A stretch of DNA of 64,000 nucleotides from Octopus sinensis (lineage: Eukaryota), in the NCBI RefSeq assembly GCF_006345805.1, contig NC_043001.1, forward strand, positions 110,670,001 through 110,734,000. Direction: 5' to 3'. Shown in pieces: positions 26,931 to 39,869 of the stretch. Every line of letters begins with the position of its first letter. Within the stretch, counting starts at the first letter, position 1. The position numbers were made by a program, and so were the translations under genes. The notes beneath the pieces were generated by a model. That model had not been told where the DNA came from, did no database searches, and saw nothing but the letters and a program-made list of their open reading frames with translations.

Positions 26931-27831
26931 GCTAATGGCCTCTGGCTTAAAATCTGAAACAGAGGGGTTTATCATAGCAGCTCAAGATCAATGCCTACCA
27001 ACAAGAAACTACCAGGCCAACATATTAAAGATCAGCAGCAGTCCAACGTGTTGTGTATGCAAGCAACAAAATGAAACCATTGACCATGTGGTCTCCAAGT
27101 GCAGTCTTCTAGCGCCTACAGAGTATCTCAACAGGCACGATAGAGCTGCACAATATATTCACTGGGTAATCTGTAAAAACCTGGATTTGCCCCATGAAAA
27201 AAACTGGTGGGAACACAAACCACCCCCAGTGCTTGAAAATGACCACATCTCACTCCTCTGGAACTTCACCATTCAAACTGACAGGAAGATAGATGCAAAT
27301 AGGCAAGTCATTATATTGAAAGACTTCAAACAAAGAACATGCCTCCTCATTGATATGACTGTCCCAATCGATATAAACGTATCTGTCAAGACCTACCAAA
27401 AACTGAGCAAATATAAAGATCTTGAAATAGAAATCAGCAAAATGTGGAACCTGAAGACTAAAACAATACCTGTTGTCATAGGTGCCCTGGGAATGATAGC
27501 AAAAGGGGCTGATTGCTACCTAACTCAGATACCAGGAAACCCCAAAATGGCAGAAGTTCAAAAGATAGTGCTCATGGGAACTGCTCATATCCTAGGCAAA
27601 ATACTCTCTATGTAATCTCAAGGTTTAAACCAAACATAATTTTCGGTTTAAAAAAAAAGAAGAAAAAAAACCCTTTTTTTTTAGACATTCATTAGTACAA
27701 CATCCCCACCCCCCAAATATATGGCACACTAGGCATAACAACAACATGAACTTCCAACCCTGTTGTCTCTTGAGGTCTCTGGGTGAGACTTGGAGCCAAC
27801 TTATACAAATATAAAGCAAAAGTCAAACATA
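26931..27831 (+). mobile_element. R4/Dong-clade non-LTR retrotransposon 3' part (CCHC knuckle, restriction-like endonuclease, 3' UTR)
   Basis: 226-aa ORF: GLKSETEGFIIAAQDQ, C..C..ETIDHVVSKC, YLNRHD, LLWNFTIQTD, LLIDMTVP, KLSKYKDL, IPVVIGALG; starts directly after (AAT)n. Confidence 0.92.
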
Positions 27832-27835
27832 GAAT

Positions 27836-29358
27836 TGTAACGAACTTAGTGTGAATATCTTCTCTGGACCTTTTGGGGGTGCGAGAAACAATCACTTTCC
27901 GTTGCTTTAATAATCCAGATTCCCTACCAGTCAGAAACAACAAGACGCAGACGTAAATAATATATATACTTTATTGTTTTATGGTGAGAGATCAGTGGTA
28001 TATCTGATATCCTTGGTTCTGGGCGCGCAAGGCTGAAAGTTAATCGATTGTAATATTTACAATGTTCAGCCGCTAAAAACAGAACGGGTTAAAGATAGCC
28101 GCGGAGTATGAAGACGATGTTGTCCGCAACAATTTGGTAAAAACCTTCGGCCGACTGCTATCAAAGCTGAACAGCGAGAAAATATACGTCCGTCGCCTTC
28201 GGTCACTGCTGTCTCAAATCGCTGCTTGCTGGACGCTGGTGGTCAACGTCTTACGATCCCCTTGCCTCGGCTAACTGCTACGTAGGCAAAAGGGTTCTTC
28301 TTCCGGTGGTGAAAGCACCAACCCCGCACGCGCGAAATACAAATGGACGGTGCGCGAGCGCGCGCCGTTGTATAGGATCACTACAGAGCTCCACCCCAGT
28401 GCGTAAGCACGACACAAAATTCCCTGTAGTGACTATAAAACTCAAGGTGGATACCAGATAACCAAATAGCACACAATATAATAAAATGGCAAAATTTTCA
28501 ACATACATAAGAAATCTACCAAAAGGAAAAAAAATACTCAAAATGAGCAAAATTCAAAAGTGCATGCATGAAAGTGGATACGTCACAAAGTATAGAGCCT
28601 TCCGCTGTAGGGAGCGGGAGGAAAGCAAACTCACAGTTAATGAACCTAGGCGAAATTAAATCCAACTTCTCTAAAGGTAGTTGATCCTGCGAAATAGCAG
28701 TTAAGTCAATTGCTGCAGGAGAGGAAATGGAATCGACAGATAGATCGCTAGTAACACAAAAGCAAAAGTGCAAGCATGCTGGTGTGATGTGCGACACAGA
28801 TAAGTCTCTCTGTTAATTACGTGACCAACAGGGGTCTAACAGGGAAAAAATTACGCCTATACATAGGCGCAGCGCATGTGAACATCCGACATACTATGAG
28901 TCGGGAAAAGAATTAAGCTAACGCAAACGTGTTGCAAAAACAAGGCAATACACGTGCGAAGCAAAGGCGCATGAAATGCAATAGAGCTTGCCAGACCGAA
29001 AAACAGCAATGAATATGCCAGTGGTTGAGCGATTATATGCCTCGTTCGTACAGGAACAAAGGTATAGCATGCCGGCGCGTTATAATGGACAAACAACCCT
29101 CTCTCTGTATACGTGACCCCTAGGGTCTATAGAAATGAGGTGTGTCCACAAAATATACGTCCGTCGCCTTCGGTCGCTGCTGTCTCAAATCGCTGCTTTT
29201 TGGACGCTGGTGGTCAATGTCTTACGATCCCCTTGCCTCGGCTAACTGCAACGTATGCAAAAGGGTTCTTCTTCCGGTGGTGAAAGCACCAACTCCGCAC
29301 GCGCGAAATACAAATGGACGGTGCGCGAGCGCGCGCCACGTTGTATAGGATCACTACA
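27836..29358 (-). mobile_element. Internally deleted Gypsy-type LTR element
   Basis: TGTA..TACA termini; 4-bp TSD GAAT (27832-27835, 29359-29362); ~208-bp direct repeats 28179-28385 and 29150-29358; full LTR 27836-28385 with minus-strand AATAAA near 27975; PPT-like ggggtggag next to it; minus ORF 28516-28797 AIDLTAISQDQ..GSILCDVST resembles the Gypsy RNaseH-integrase linker. Confidence 0.8.
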
Positions 29359-29380
29359 GAATAATAACAATAATAATAAT

Positions 29381-30023
29381 AATATATTCACTGGGTAATC
29401 TGCAAAAACCTGGATTTGCCCCATGGAAAAAACTGGTGGGAACACAAACCACCCCCAGTGCTTGAAAATGACCACATCTCACTCCTCTGGAACTTCACCA
29501 TTCAAACTGACAGAAAGATAGATGCAAATAGGCCAGACATCATATTGAAAGACTTCTAAACAAAGAACATGCCTCCTCATTGATATGACTGTCCCAATCG
29601 ATATAAACGTATCTGTCAAGACCTACCAAAAACTGAGCAAATATAAAGATCTTGAAATAGAAATCAGCAAAATGTGGAACCTGAAGACTAAAACAATACC
29701 TGTTGTCATAGGTGCCCTGGGAATGATAGCAAAAGAGGCTGATAACTACCTAACTCAGATACCAGGAAACCCCAAAATGGCAGAAATTCAAAAGATAGTG
29801 CTCATGGGAACTGCTCATATCCTACGCAAAATACTTTCTACGTAATCTCAAGGTTTAAAACAAACATTTTTTTTTCTTAGACATCCGCCAGTACAACACA
29901 AAAAACAACCAAATATATGGCACACTAGGCATAACAAAAACGTGAACTTCCAACCTGTTGTCTCATGAGGTCTCCGGGTGAGACTTGGAGCCAACTTGTA
30001 CAAATATAAAGCAAAAGTCAAAC

Positions 30024-30026
<3 letters not shown>
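29381..30026 (+). mobile_element. R4/Dong LINE 3' part, second copy
   Basis: Near-identical to 27152-27831; keeps the RPDII motif; one in-frame stop; (AAT)n on both sides. Confidence 0.92.
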
Positions 30027-30083
<57 letters not shown>

Positions 30084-30111
30084 TAACAACAACAACAACA
30101 ACACTAATAAT

Positions 30112-30763
30112 CGTCGAAAGCTTAGCTCACGTTTTTAGTGCTTGTGAAACTCTGAAGCAGAAAGAATACATGTGCGGACAAACACGGCTGCCCAAAACTT
30201 TTACTGGCTTCTCTGATGGACGTATGGATATGAGGTAAAGGGTGCTTGGTAACAACACACCGGAAAAGGGTATAGACAAAAACAGAATGGTGAAGATCGT
30301 CTGGGAATTTGACTTCCGGACAGACAAGTTGTTCGTGCACCGAAGGCCGGGTATAGTAACCATAGAGAGGGCCCAACAAGAGCGACATACAATCGACGTG
30401 GCAGTGCTAGGTGATCAACATATTATCATGAAAGGAGAAAATGTTGATAAATATGGAGACTGAGAACTCAGATTGCCAAGATGTGGCAACTACGAGACTC
30501 AAATATAAAAGCTCTCCCTGTTGTCATCGGGCTTTTAATTTCAATACCACTTAACCTGAAAAACACCTGAATACTTTAGAAGTACCCTACAGTGTAGGTG
30601 CATTGCAGAAATCGGTTTTACTTATAACTGCGTGCGTATTGCGTAATGTACAGTCTGTCTGATGTCTTTGTTATGACTTGACAGACAGTACAACCAACCA
30701 TCTCCGTAGAGACAAGATCTTCAATTTGCAGCATCACGATATTGGATACTGTGCATCGTGTTC
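30112..30763 (+). mobile_element. R4/Dong LINE 3' part, second subfamily
   Basis: ESLAHVFSACE..QKEY, KIVWEFDFRTD, RRPGIV, IDVAV, DKYGD..IAKMW, PVVIG; homologous to 45603-46480 (-); AAT-type repeats on both sides. Confidence 0.8.
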
Positions 30764-31804
30764 AATAATAAAATTAATAATATTAGCATAACAAATAGCT
30801 TCTAATTCATTTGTGACAATTATCTCGAATACATGAATTTATGTAGTTAATAAATCGTATCTTTGTTGTTCACTACAATCGTTTCGACTCGTCTAGCTTC
30901 AATCCTTCTTGGGTAGGATGCTGCTCAACAGGTTTAGACGTATCCCTTGATGTAGATGTGTATCCTCGGGTGATTTCAATAGGTATCTCGTTAAAATAAA
31001 CTTTCTGTTTTACCGCATATTACTGCATGTTTTTGTTTTTTCTTGGTTTTCGTAGATAGAAATGGCATATTGACGGATATTGCTTCATTGTTAATGAAGA
31101 TCAATAACAATCATCACATACAAAAAGAAACAAATATTCAATAAGGAAAAACAACATTATAACATATAACCGTGTCTGCCAACATCCTTCTCTCTCATTA
31201 ACTATACACGCACACATACATACATATACACTCACCCTCTCACACACTTATATTATACCTTTATTTTTATATATAATTAGCAGAGACAATAGTTGATTCA
31301 AGATTCAAGACATTCATGTGGTCGCACTTATCATACTAACACATGAAACACTCCGCACTTGTGCTCCTCTGTTAGACTGTTGCTTTTGCTAAATTTAAGA
31401 AAGATAATCTCTCTCTCTCACTCACACACACACAAACACACACAGTTGACAGCCAGAGATGATCAATATAAAAACAATGGCGCTCAAATAATTTAAACTT
31501 AAATTCAGTGTTTATATGCTTCTTCTTCTGGTTACATATTTTGGTGAATTACATCTTTCAGTATTATGAAGTAAGCCCAAGTCCCCCGAAACAGCTGTCG
31601 GATTTATAATAACATACCTTCTCCCCTTCATTTAATGTGTCTTCGTAAGCAATGAATGTTTGCTCTGTTGATATATAAAAATCAATATATTTATATATAA
31701 TTATACATCCTCTGAATATTTTCAGTCTCTGCTCTCTCGCCATTTTCATGTTAACATGAATGTATATTTTTTCAATGTAACCTCACAGGATTTATTTGCT
31801 TATT

Positions 31805-32186
31805 AGCTTCACTCTCTCTCTCTCTCTCTCTCTTACCCCCTCTCTCCCCCTCTCTGTCTGTCTCTCTCTCTTACTTTTTATCTATCCAAGTATGTATAAA
31901 TATATATATACACACACACACACATATATATATATATGCGTGTGTGTGTGTGTGTGTGTATGTATGTGCGTATACATGTATGTATGAATGTGTGTATGTG
32001 CGTAATATACACACACATAAATATATATGTGTGTGTTTGTCTGCGTACGTATGTGTTTGTGTGTACATACATATATATTTTTTGGTAGAAACAATCAGAT
32101 CAGTAGAAGGATAGATAGATACATACATACATACGGTCAGACAGACTGACTGACTGACAGACAGAAAGACAGACAGACAGACAGAC

Positions 32187-32279
<93 letters not shown>

Positions 32280-32290
32280 TATAGATACAC
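31805..32290. repeat. Compound CT/CA/TG/GACA/(GATA)n microsatellites
   Basis: Direct reading. Confidence 0.9.
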
Positions 32291-32589
32291 AGACAGACAG
32301 GTATTCAGACAGACAAATAGATAGGTGTACGTATAGATTTGCATTCGATATTACAAAAACGTACCTAGGATTCGTCCCCATTGCACCGTATTTCTTACGT
32401 ATTATTGCCAAAACCTTATTACCGCCTTTGCTGAAAGCATGCTTAAATTCTTGTCCCTGGGTGGAGGGAAGCAAGATAAATGCAAATTTATCAGGAGTGG
32501 AATTCAGAGCATAGATATTTTTCTCTTTTAATTTATTACATACCGAACACGTATTCTGTTGAAAGGACACCTATTCTAACGAGTAAAAC

Positions 32590-32670
32590 GATGATGATGA
32601 TGATGATGACAATGTCAACAAAGAGGCTTACGACGATCACGACAACGAACATGCTGCTGCTGTTACCGCC

Positions 32671-32702
<32 letters not shown>

Positions 32703-32835
32703 TAATAATAATAATAATAACAATAATAATAATAACAATAACAATAATAATAATAGTAACAATAATAATAATTATAATAATAATAATATAATAATAATAA
32801 TAGTAATAATAATAGTAATAATAATAATAATAGTA

Positions 32836-32877
<42 letters not shown>

Positions 32878-32883
32878 GTAATA

Positions 32884-32914
<31 letters not shown>

Positions 32915-32922
32915 TGATAGTA

Positions 32923-32961
<39 letters not shown>

Positions 32962-32982
32962 GTAATAATAATAATAATAATG

Positions 32983-33018
<36 letters not shown>

Positions 33019-33057
33019 GTAATAATAGTAGTAGTAATAATAATAATAATAGTAATA

Positions 33058-33090
<33 letters not shown>

Positions 33091-33128
33091 ATAATAATAA
33101 TAATAATAATGAATAATAATAATATTAA

Positions 33129-33185
<57 letters not shown>

Positions 33186-33198
33186 GCAATAATGAATA

Positions 33199-33248
<50 letters not shown>

Positions 33249-33275
33249 TAATAATAATAATAATAATAATAATCA
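32590..33275. repeat. ~690-bp imperfect (AAT)n array
   Basis: Direct reading. Confidence 0.95.
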
Positions 33276-33353
33276 GTATCATCTTTGCCGGCGTTATCTT
33301 TAGTCAGTGTGTATTTAGTAGCCGTAGTCTACGTATCCCATTTCAAACACCGC

Positions 33354-33452
33354 CGGTGAAGGCATGTGACTGACATATGGAAGGGGTCCCATATACCGTT
33401 ATGCATCATTGTTCCCACTAACGCCCTTATCTCACGTGCCTCTTGCTCACTG
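33354..33452 (+). repeat. Dispersed ~110-bp repeat, copy 2
   Basis: Homologous to 8440-8552. Confidence 0.6.
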
Positions 33453-33770
33453 CTTTTCTTTTATTTATTATTTTTTTTGCATTAATCGTCACAACAGTGT
33501 GTATACCAACTTGCGCTACCACGATTCCGCTTTATCCGTATAATAAAATTGATAATGTTATCATCTATAAAAACGAGGTTAAAGATGGGAGAAAGTAGAG
33601 CACGAGACAATATGCCTATTGACATATATTGACGTATGCTTCTTTGCTCTGTTAGTTCAAACCCTACTTAGTAAGGTCTATGCTCATTTCAGATTAATAA
33701 AAATACTTCCCGGCTATGTAATGATACTGGATCTCAACATCTGTATGAAATAATATTGACAAATGATAGG

Positions 33771-34380
33771 CAACGAACTGGCAGAAATTTTAGCACACCG
33801 GGTGAAATGCTTAGCGGTATTTCTTCTGCCGCTACGTTCTGAGTTCAAATTCCGCCGAGGTTGACTTTGCCTTTCATCCTTTCGGGGTCGATAAATTAAG
33901 TACCATTTACGCACTGGGGTCGATGTAATCGACTTAATCCGTTTATCTGTCATTTTTGGCCCCATCTGTGTTTAGCCCCTTGTGGGTAGTAAAGAAATAG
34001 GTATTTCTTCTGCCGTTACGTTCTGAGTTCAAATTCCGCCGAGGTCGACTTTGCCTTTCATCCTTTCGGGGTCGATTAAATAAGTACCAGTTACGCACTG
34101 GAGTTGATATAATCGACTTAATACCTTTGTCTGTCTTTGTTTGTCCCCTCTGTGTTTAGCCCCTTGTGGGTAGTAAAGAAATAAGAAACGTTAGTGCGCC
34201 GGGCGAACTGCTTACCGGTACTTCGTTTGATTTACGTTCTGTTTTCAAATTCCACCGAGGTTGACTTTGCCTCTCATCCTTTCGGGGTCGATAAATTAAA
34301 TACCAGTTGCGTACTGGAATCTAATCGACCGCCCCACCTCCCCCAACATTTCGGGCATTGTGCCTAGAGTAGAAAAGAAT
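33771..34380 (+). mobile_element. Head-to-tail trimer of SINE-B
   Basis: Three consecutive copies of acgttctg..ttcaaattcc.ccgagg..gactttgcct.tcatcctttcggggtcgat, with units starting near 33771, 34000 and 34184. Confidence 0.85.
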
Positions 34381-35529
34381 ATACAGAAATGATAAAATGA
34401 AGAAAATTACGCTGTGCCATATTTTATCATATCTCTGTCTCTAGTTCTTTAAATTTTAGGATATTTCAAATTCGTTTATTCCAGAATATTTAGAAGATGC
34501 AGACACAAAAAAGGAGGTGGGTTAATCTCTTGTTTCTTCACCAAAATTTGTGGTGGTTTTTTTTTCTGACTCAATATCTTCTCGAATTTATCCAATAATA
34601 CTCTCCCCAAATGTTATATGTTGCTAATATGTTATTACATTTCTCAAAGCATAGCAACATTAATACCGTTTTTAACGGTATTTATCTTACCAAGATCAGC
34701 TTAGGGCAACGTAATGATTGATGACAACAGCACTTTTCACTCACGCTTTTCTTATGTTATATAGTATTCTTTTATCCCAGATATTTAGGATATAAAATGA
34801 GGAATGGAACTAGCAGCTATATTTAACAAATCAAGCAATAAAATAGAATATGTTTCGATTATTTTAACGTAATTACTAGTTGCTCAGTTTAGTCCATTGT
34901 TCCTTTCACCTTAATACGTATCAATTTGTCTCTGTCAGAAAATGTAAGTAGCATCTAGAATGTTCTTTTCTCTGAGGATAATCACTTATAAAATCCTCTC
35001 AAGATTTATCGGCTGATTTAAATCTCATTACTATCAAAAGATAAATTTCGTATCACATGCCTAAGATATGAATTATTTACTTGCAAAGGGATATATTTTG
35101 AAACGTATTCCTAAAAGGTGAAGTTTATGCCCCAACATTTGTACCACGCTTTGAAGTGGTGAATAATTACAGAGTAATTAGGAGCTGCTACAATTGGACT
35201 GTAGTTTATTACATAAGATTAACTTGTTAATCGTCGTATGTTTAGTGCCGAGAGGTTATCCGACTGGAGAAACTGGAAGGTAATGCAGAAGGCTTATAGG
35301 GAGCATAGGTCGACATACTGTGATACCAAGTGACCCACACGGAAAGAAATAAGAAAAAAAAATTATGTCATATTAAGATAACAAGGATAAGTACAATAAA
35401 ATTATGTGAGAATGATGCTATTGAACATGCAGATATCTGCCCACCCCCAGGATGTAACTTCTGAGTTTTTGGTATCCAATATTCGTAAGACAAAGACAAA
35501 GAAATAACAATGAATTCATATTTCAGATA

Positions 35530-35712
35530 TTTATTTAAGAGATGAGGAATTACGTACATTATTTACATCATTTATATTTGACGGATATTTGTCCTCATCT
35601 TGTTTGTTCGTTACACAAAGTTTCCGCTGATATACCCTCCAGCCTTCATCAGGTGTCTTGGGGAAATTTCGAACCTGGGTTCTCATTCCTAAGGTATTTT
35701 TCGATGTTGTTG

Positions 35713-35777
<65 letters not shown>

Positions 35778-35851
35778 GCTCAGGTCACTGCTTGGAATCG
35801 AACTCGGAATCTTGGGGTTAGTATCCTGCACACCTCTTCTTTGGCTACGTT
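35530..35851 (-). mobile_element. SINE-H: tRNA head, (TAA)n and hammerhead-bearing tail, copy 2 (ribozyme core mutated)
   Basis: Reverse complement collinear with 63385-63742; reads gacac-ctgatga-a-ggctg..cagcg-gaaa-cttt-gtgt. Confidence 0.85.
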
Positions 35852-37250
35852 AAGGCTCAAATATTCTCAAGTTTTACTGGTCCCATTCCCGAACTATACG
35901 GACGTTATATTGACGACTGGATCGGTGCAAACTCACTCTCCCGCGAACATGTAGACTCCTTCCTCTCTTTTGTCAAATCTTTCTATCCTGCCCTCCACTT
36001 CTCCTGCACTATCTCTGACATCTCTATCTCTTTTCTTGATATTTCGGTTAGCATTCGTCACTCCACTCTCACCACCTCCATCCACTCACACAGACTCACA
36101 CTCATACCTCAACTTCTCTTCCTCCCACCCTAAACGCACCAAGCTTTCCATCGCCTATTCCCAATTCCTCCGTTTACGCGGGCTCTGTAGTGACGACCAT
36201 GACTTTGAGACTCAGTCCCAATTCATGGCTCGCCACTTCATCCTACGTGGATAGCCACCACTATCCATACCGCCCTTGCCAGAGCACCTTCCGTAGACTG
36301 TGCATCTGCTCTTTAACCCCACACCCGCCCCACCGTCTCCCGTCTCCCGTTTCCCCTCACCTACCACCCACCGCCCCACCTCTCCAATACACCATTCTCA
36401 AGCCTTCTGGCGACTACACTTCGCACATATTCCCTAACCGACCCCTCACCTCCTTCAAACGAGCATACAACCTACGATACCTCTTGGTCCAACTCGGAGC
36501 GTTCCCCTGCTCCCTCCCACGCTACCGCAATTGCCCTTACCCCTTCAACACCACCTTCAGACAGGCAGCCATCATCGACACTATCACATCACTGACTCTT
36601 TCACTTGCACTTCTATCAATGTCTTCTACTGCTTTTCCTGCTCTCTCTGCCCTTCTCTACACATCGGACGAAATGAACGCCGCTTGGCTGACCGGTTCGC
36701 GGAACACCTCCGATGCATCTAACTCAGCAATGCCACAACGGTCTCTTGCCATTTCGGCTGTACATGTCACTCTTTGCAACACCTCCCCGTGTTCGGATTG
36801 TCCTTGCACAGGGGCCATCCGGAATTCCGTTTGCACCGTGAACTGGGATTAATCTTCTCTCTGTGTTCTTTTGCGCCATATGGGCTCAACTTTCCTCTCC
36901 TCTTCATCTAACCTCCTCCCCTCTTCTCTCTCCTCGTCACACCTATTTCCTACCACCCACGCACACATCAAGGTCACCAGCCCTCTTCCACACGCACCTA
37001 CATGCTCTTTTATACGCACGTGCACCTTCGTTTTGGGATGACCACTACTTTATTATCTCGCTTTCTTCGTAGCTCTCTTGTGTGACCCCTCTGTCCGGCA
37101 TTCTCCATGATATATAGGTAGCCACTACACATTATTTATTTCCTTTCCTTGTTTCTTTCTGTGGACGTGCGTTGGCTCGAAACGTTAAAGACATTTTTCA
37201 CTTCCAGAGCGTTAAACTAATACATCTGTTTGTTGTCAACACCACCTGCG
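35852..37250 (+). mobile_element. 5'-truncated Penelope-like element (RT, GIY-YIG endonuclease, tail)
   Basis: Stitched frames give LYGRYIDDWIG, ISFLDI, TDSHSYLNFSSSHP, IAYSQFLRLRGLCS, KRAYNLRYLLV, FTCTSINVFYCFSCSLCPSLHIGRNERRLADRFAEH. Confidence 0.9.
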
Positions 37251-37543
37251 CTCGTGAATTCTCCCCCTATGCGAAATGCACTGCGAATAAACTTTAAATC
37301 GTCAATAATCACATTATAATTAATTCATCACTACAAGCATATCTCTCGAAGCAAGTTGAAAGTAATTTCTAAAAAAATTCAATATTACCGGAATTTTTTT
37401 AGAAATTTCTGTCATCTTGCTTCGAGACATGTGCTTATAGTGATGAATTAATTATAATATGCTATTTAAAGTATAATCTCGGCATATTTGGCATAAACTT
37501 TTTTTTATTATTCGCTTATATATATATAGATATATATATATAG

Positions 37544-37581
<38 letters not shown>

Positions 37582-37629
37582 ACACACATATATATACATA
37601 TATATACATATATATATATATATATTATA

Positions 37630-37681
<52 letters not shown>

Positions 37682-37686
37682 TATAC

Positions 37687-37741
<55 letters not shown>

Positions 37742-37802
37742 CATACATACACACATATGTGTGTAGCTGTGTGTGTATGCATATGTACATATACATATAT
37801 TA

Positions 37803-38206
37803 TTCTTTTATTATTTTGTTTGTTTCAGTCATTTGACTACCGCCATGCTGGAGCACCGCCTTTAGTCGAACAATTCGACTTCACCGCTTATTCTATCGGC
37901 CTCTGTTGCCGAAATTCTACTTTATGAATATGTGAACACACCTACGTCGGTTGTGAACGATGGTGGGTGGACAACACAGACACACAAATTCACACACACA
38001 CACATATAGTTGAAATTTACAAAAAAACAAACAAAAACAAAAGACGAAGACGGGTGTGTAAACAACCAACAGGTGTATTAGTTTCTAAAGCTCGGGAATT
38101 TGAGAAAGTCTTTTACGTTTCGAGCCTAGGCTCTTCAATGGAAAGGAACACGAGAAAATAAACAGAGTGTAAAAAAAAAGTGTTAGTGGCTAACGATAAA
38201 TCATAT

Positions 38207-38238
<32 letters not shown>

Positions 38239-38432
38239 ATATATGTATGCATGTATGTATGTATGTATGTATATATACGACGAGCTTCTTTCGGTTTCCG
38301 TCTACCAAATCCACTTGCAAGGCTTTGGTCGGCCTGAGGCTATAGTAGAAGTCACTTGCCCAAGGTGACCCGCAGTGGGACTTAACCAGGAACCATGTGA
38401 TTGGTAAGCAAGCTACTTACTACACAGCCAAT
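37803..38432 (-). mobile_element. SINE-A interrupted centrally by a Penelope tail
   Basis: Tail 37803-37990 and head 38270-38432 on the minus strand. Confidence 0.7.
38030..38195 (-). mobile_element. Solo Penelope-like tail with hammerhead-like motif
   Basis: Minus strand gaagagcctaggctcgaaacgtaaaagac..actaatacacctgttggttgtttac matches 37160-37240. Confidence 0.7.
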
Positions 38433-39015
38433 CCTGCTCCTCCACACAGCCACTCCTGTGCTTCGAAACAATAAAACAAAAATGATAGTGTTCAGTTTTT
38501 GGTTCAGTATGCTGGCCACAGGAACTTCTGTGCAGAAAAGTTGTACATCACCTCTCTCTTTCTCTCAATACCCACTTACTCTCCCTCCTCTCTCTCTCTA
38601 CTATTATGCCTCGTATTGCCAGCATCAGCAGTACTACATTTAATAAAACATTATGAACTCTCCTGAAATTTGTGTGGCTCTCTTTCTCTCTCCCTCTTTT
38701 CTGTTTTCTTTCTTTCTTTATCTCTCTCTCAATCTCTTTGCGTATATATGTGTGTGTGTGTGTATGTGTGAGTGTGTGTGTGAGTGTGTGTCTTTGCGTC
38801 TTCACCACCGCCATCATCGTCTTTATGCTTAATATTACTCTGAATCCCAGCACGAGGGAGTGTCAAAGAATAGTGAGAGAAGTGGGCCAAAATCTGACAC
38901 ACTGACACACAGAAATTAGTTTTCGCATTTATTATATTAGATGTTTAATTATGGAGAAACCGTATTTCAATTAAAGTGTATTATAAATATATATATATTT
39001 GTGTGAGAGTGTATT

Positions 39016-39104
<89 letters not shown>

Positions 39105-39431
39105 CATATCCCCGTGAACGAACAATTTGTTGAAACCCCTTTTCATCATCAGGAGGGTGTTATTGCCGAGATGATCCTTAACTCCTAATCGAACCACTGC
39201 AGTGAAATCTCGGAAAGGCCATTGATGTATTTGACTGGATTTTGTGGAACTCTCTTACGCTCCTGGACTGCAAACTACCATGGTTTTTATGAAAGGAATT
39301 TTTTCGACATAGTTTTTGTTTGAAGGAAATAAAAAACTTTTTTTTAGTCCATTGATATTTTATTTTATTTTATTTAGATTTTTAGGCGATTGTATATGAC
39401 TTCTTGATAGGCCGTTTTATATATCTGTATT

Positions 39432-39780
39432 TTTACTTGCTTAGCAGACTTTTACGGATTCCATAGACAGCGAGGCTCATCAATGGAGAAGTTCTTAAGC
39501 AGATCAGGCCGAAACTGTCGCCGGATGCTAGGATCACCAAGCATAGATTGTCATATTTTGGACATATTATGCGGAGAAAATCCCTGGAGAAGGACATCAT
39601 GCTCGGAATGGTCAATGGCAAGAGAGGAAGAGGCCGACCAAGAACCCGCTGGCTTGACACCATCATGAGTGATACCGGAATGGACATAGCTAATCTGAAA
39701 GAAGCGGCCCAGGATAGAACTGACTGGAGGACACTGATCCATTGAGTAACCGAGAGTCGACTTCGACTGAGCGGATAGAT
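39432..39780 (+). mobile_element. RTE-clade LINE 3' end
   Basis: RLSYFGHIMRRKSLEKDIMLGMVNGKRGRGRPRTRWLD..AAQDRTDWR is the classic RTE/BovB-like C-terminus. Confidence 0.88.
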
Positions 39781-39782
39781 AT

Positions 39783-39869
39783 GTTTCTTTATTAGCCACA
39801 CAGAACAAATTACAAGGTAGAGCTTTTCTTTTGGGGGTAAAAAAAAAGGGGGTTGGTTTTCGATCAAAA
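39783..39869 (-). mobile_element. Tx1 LINE extreme 3' fragment
   Basis: gtttctttattagccacacag..tacaaggtagagcttttcttttgggg..ttttcgatcaa matches the reverse complement of 58600-58720; GATA repeats on both sides. Confidence 0.75.
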
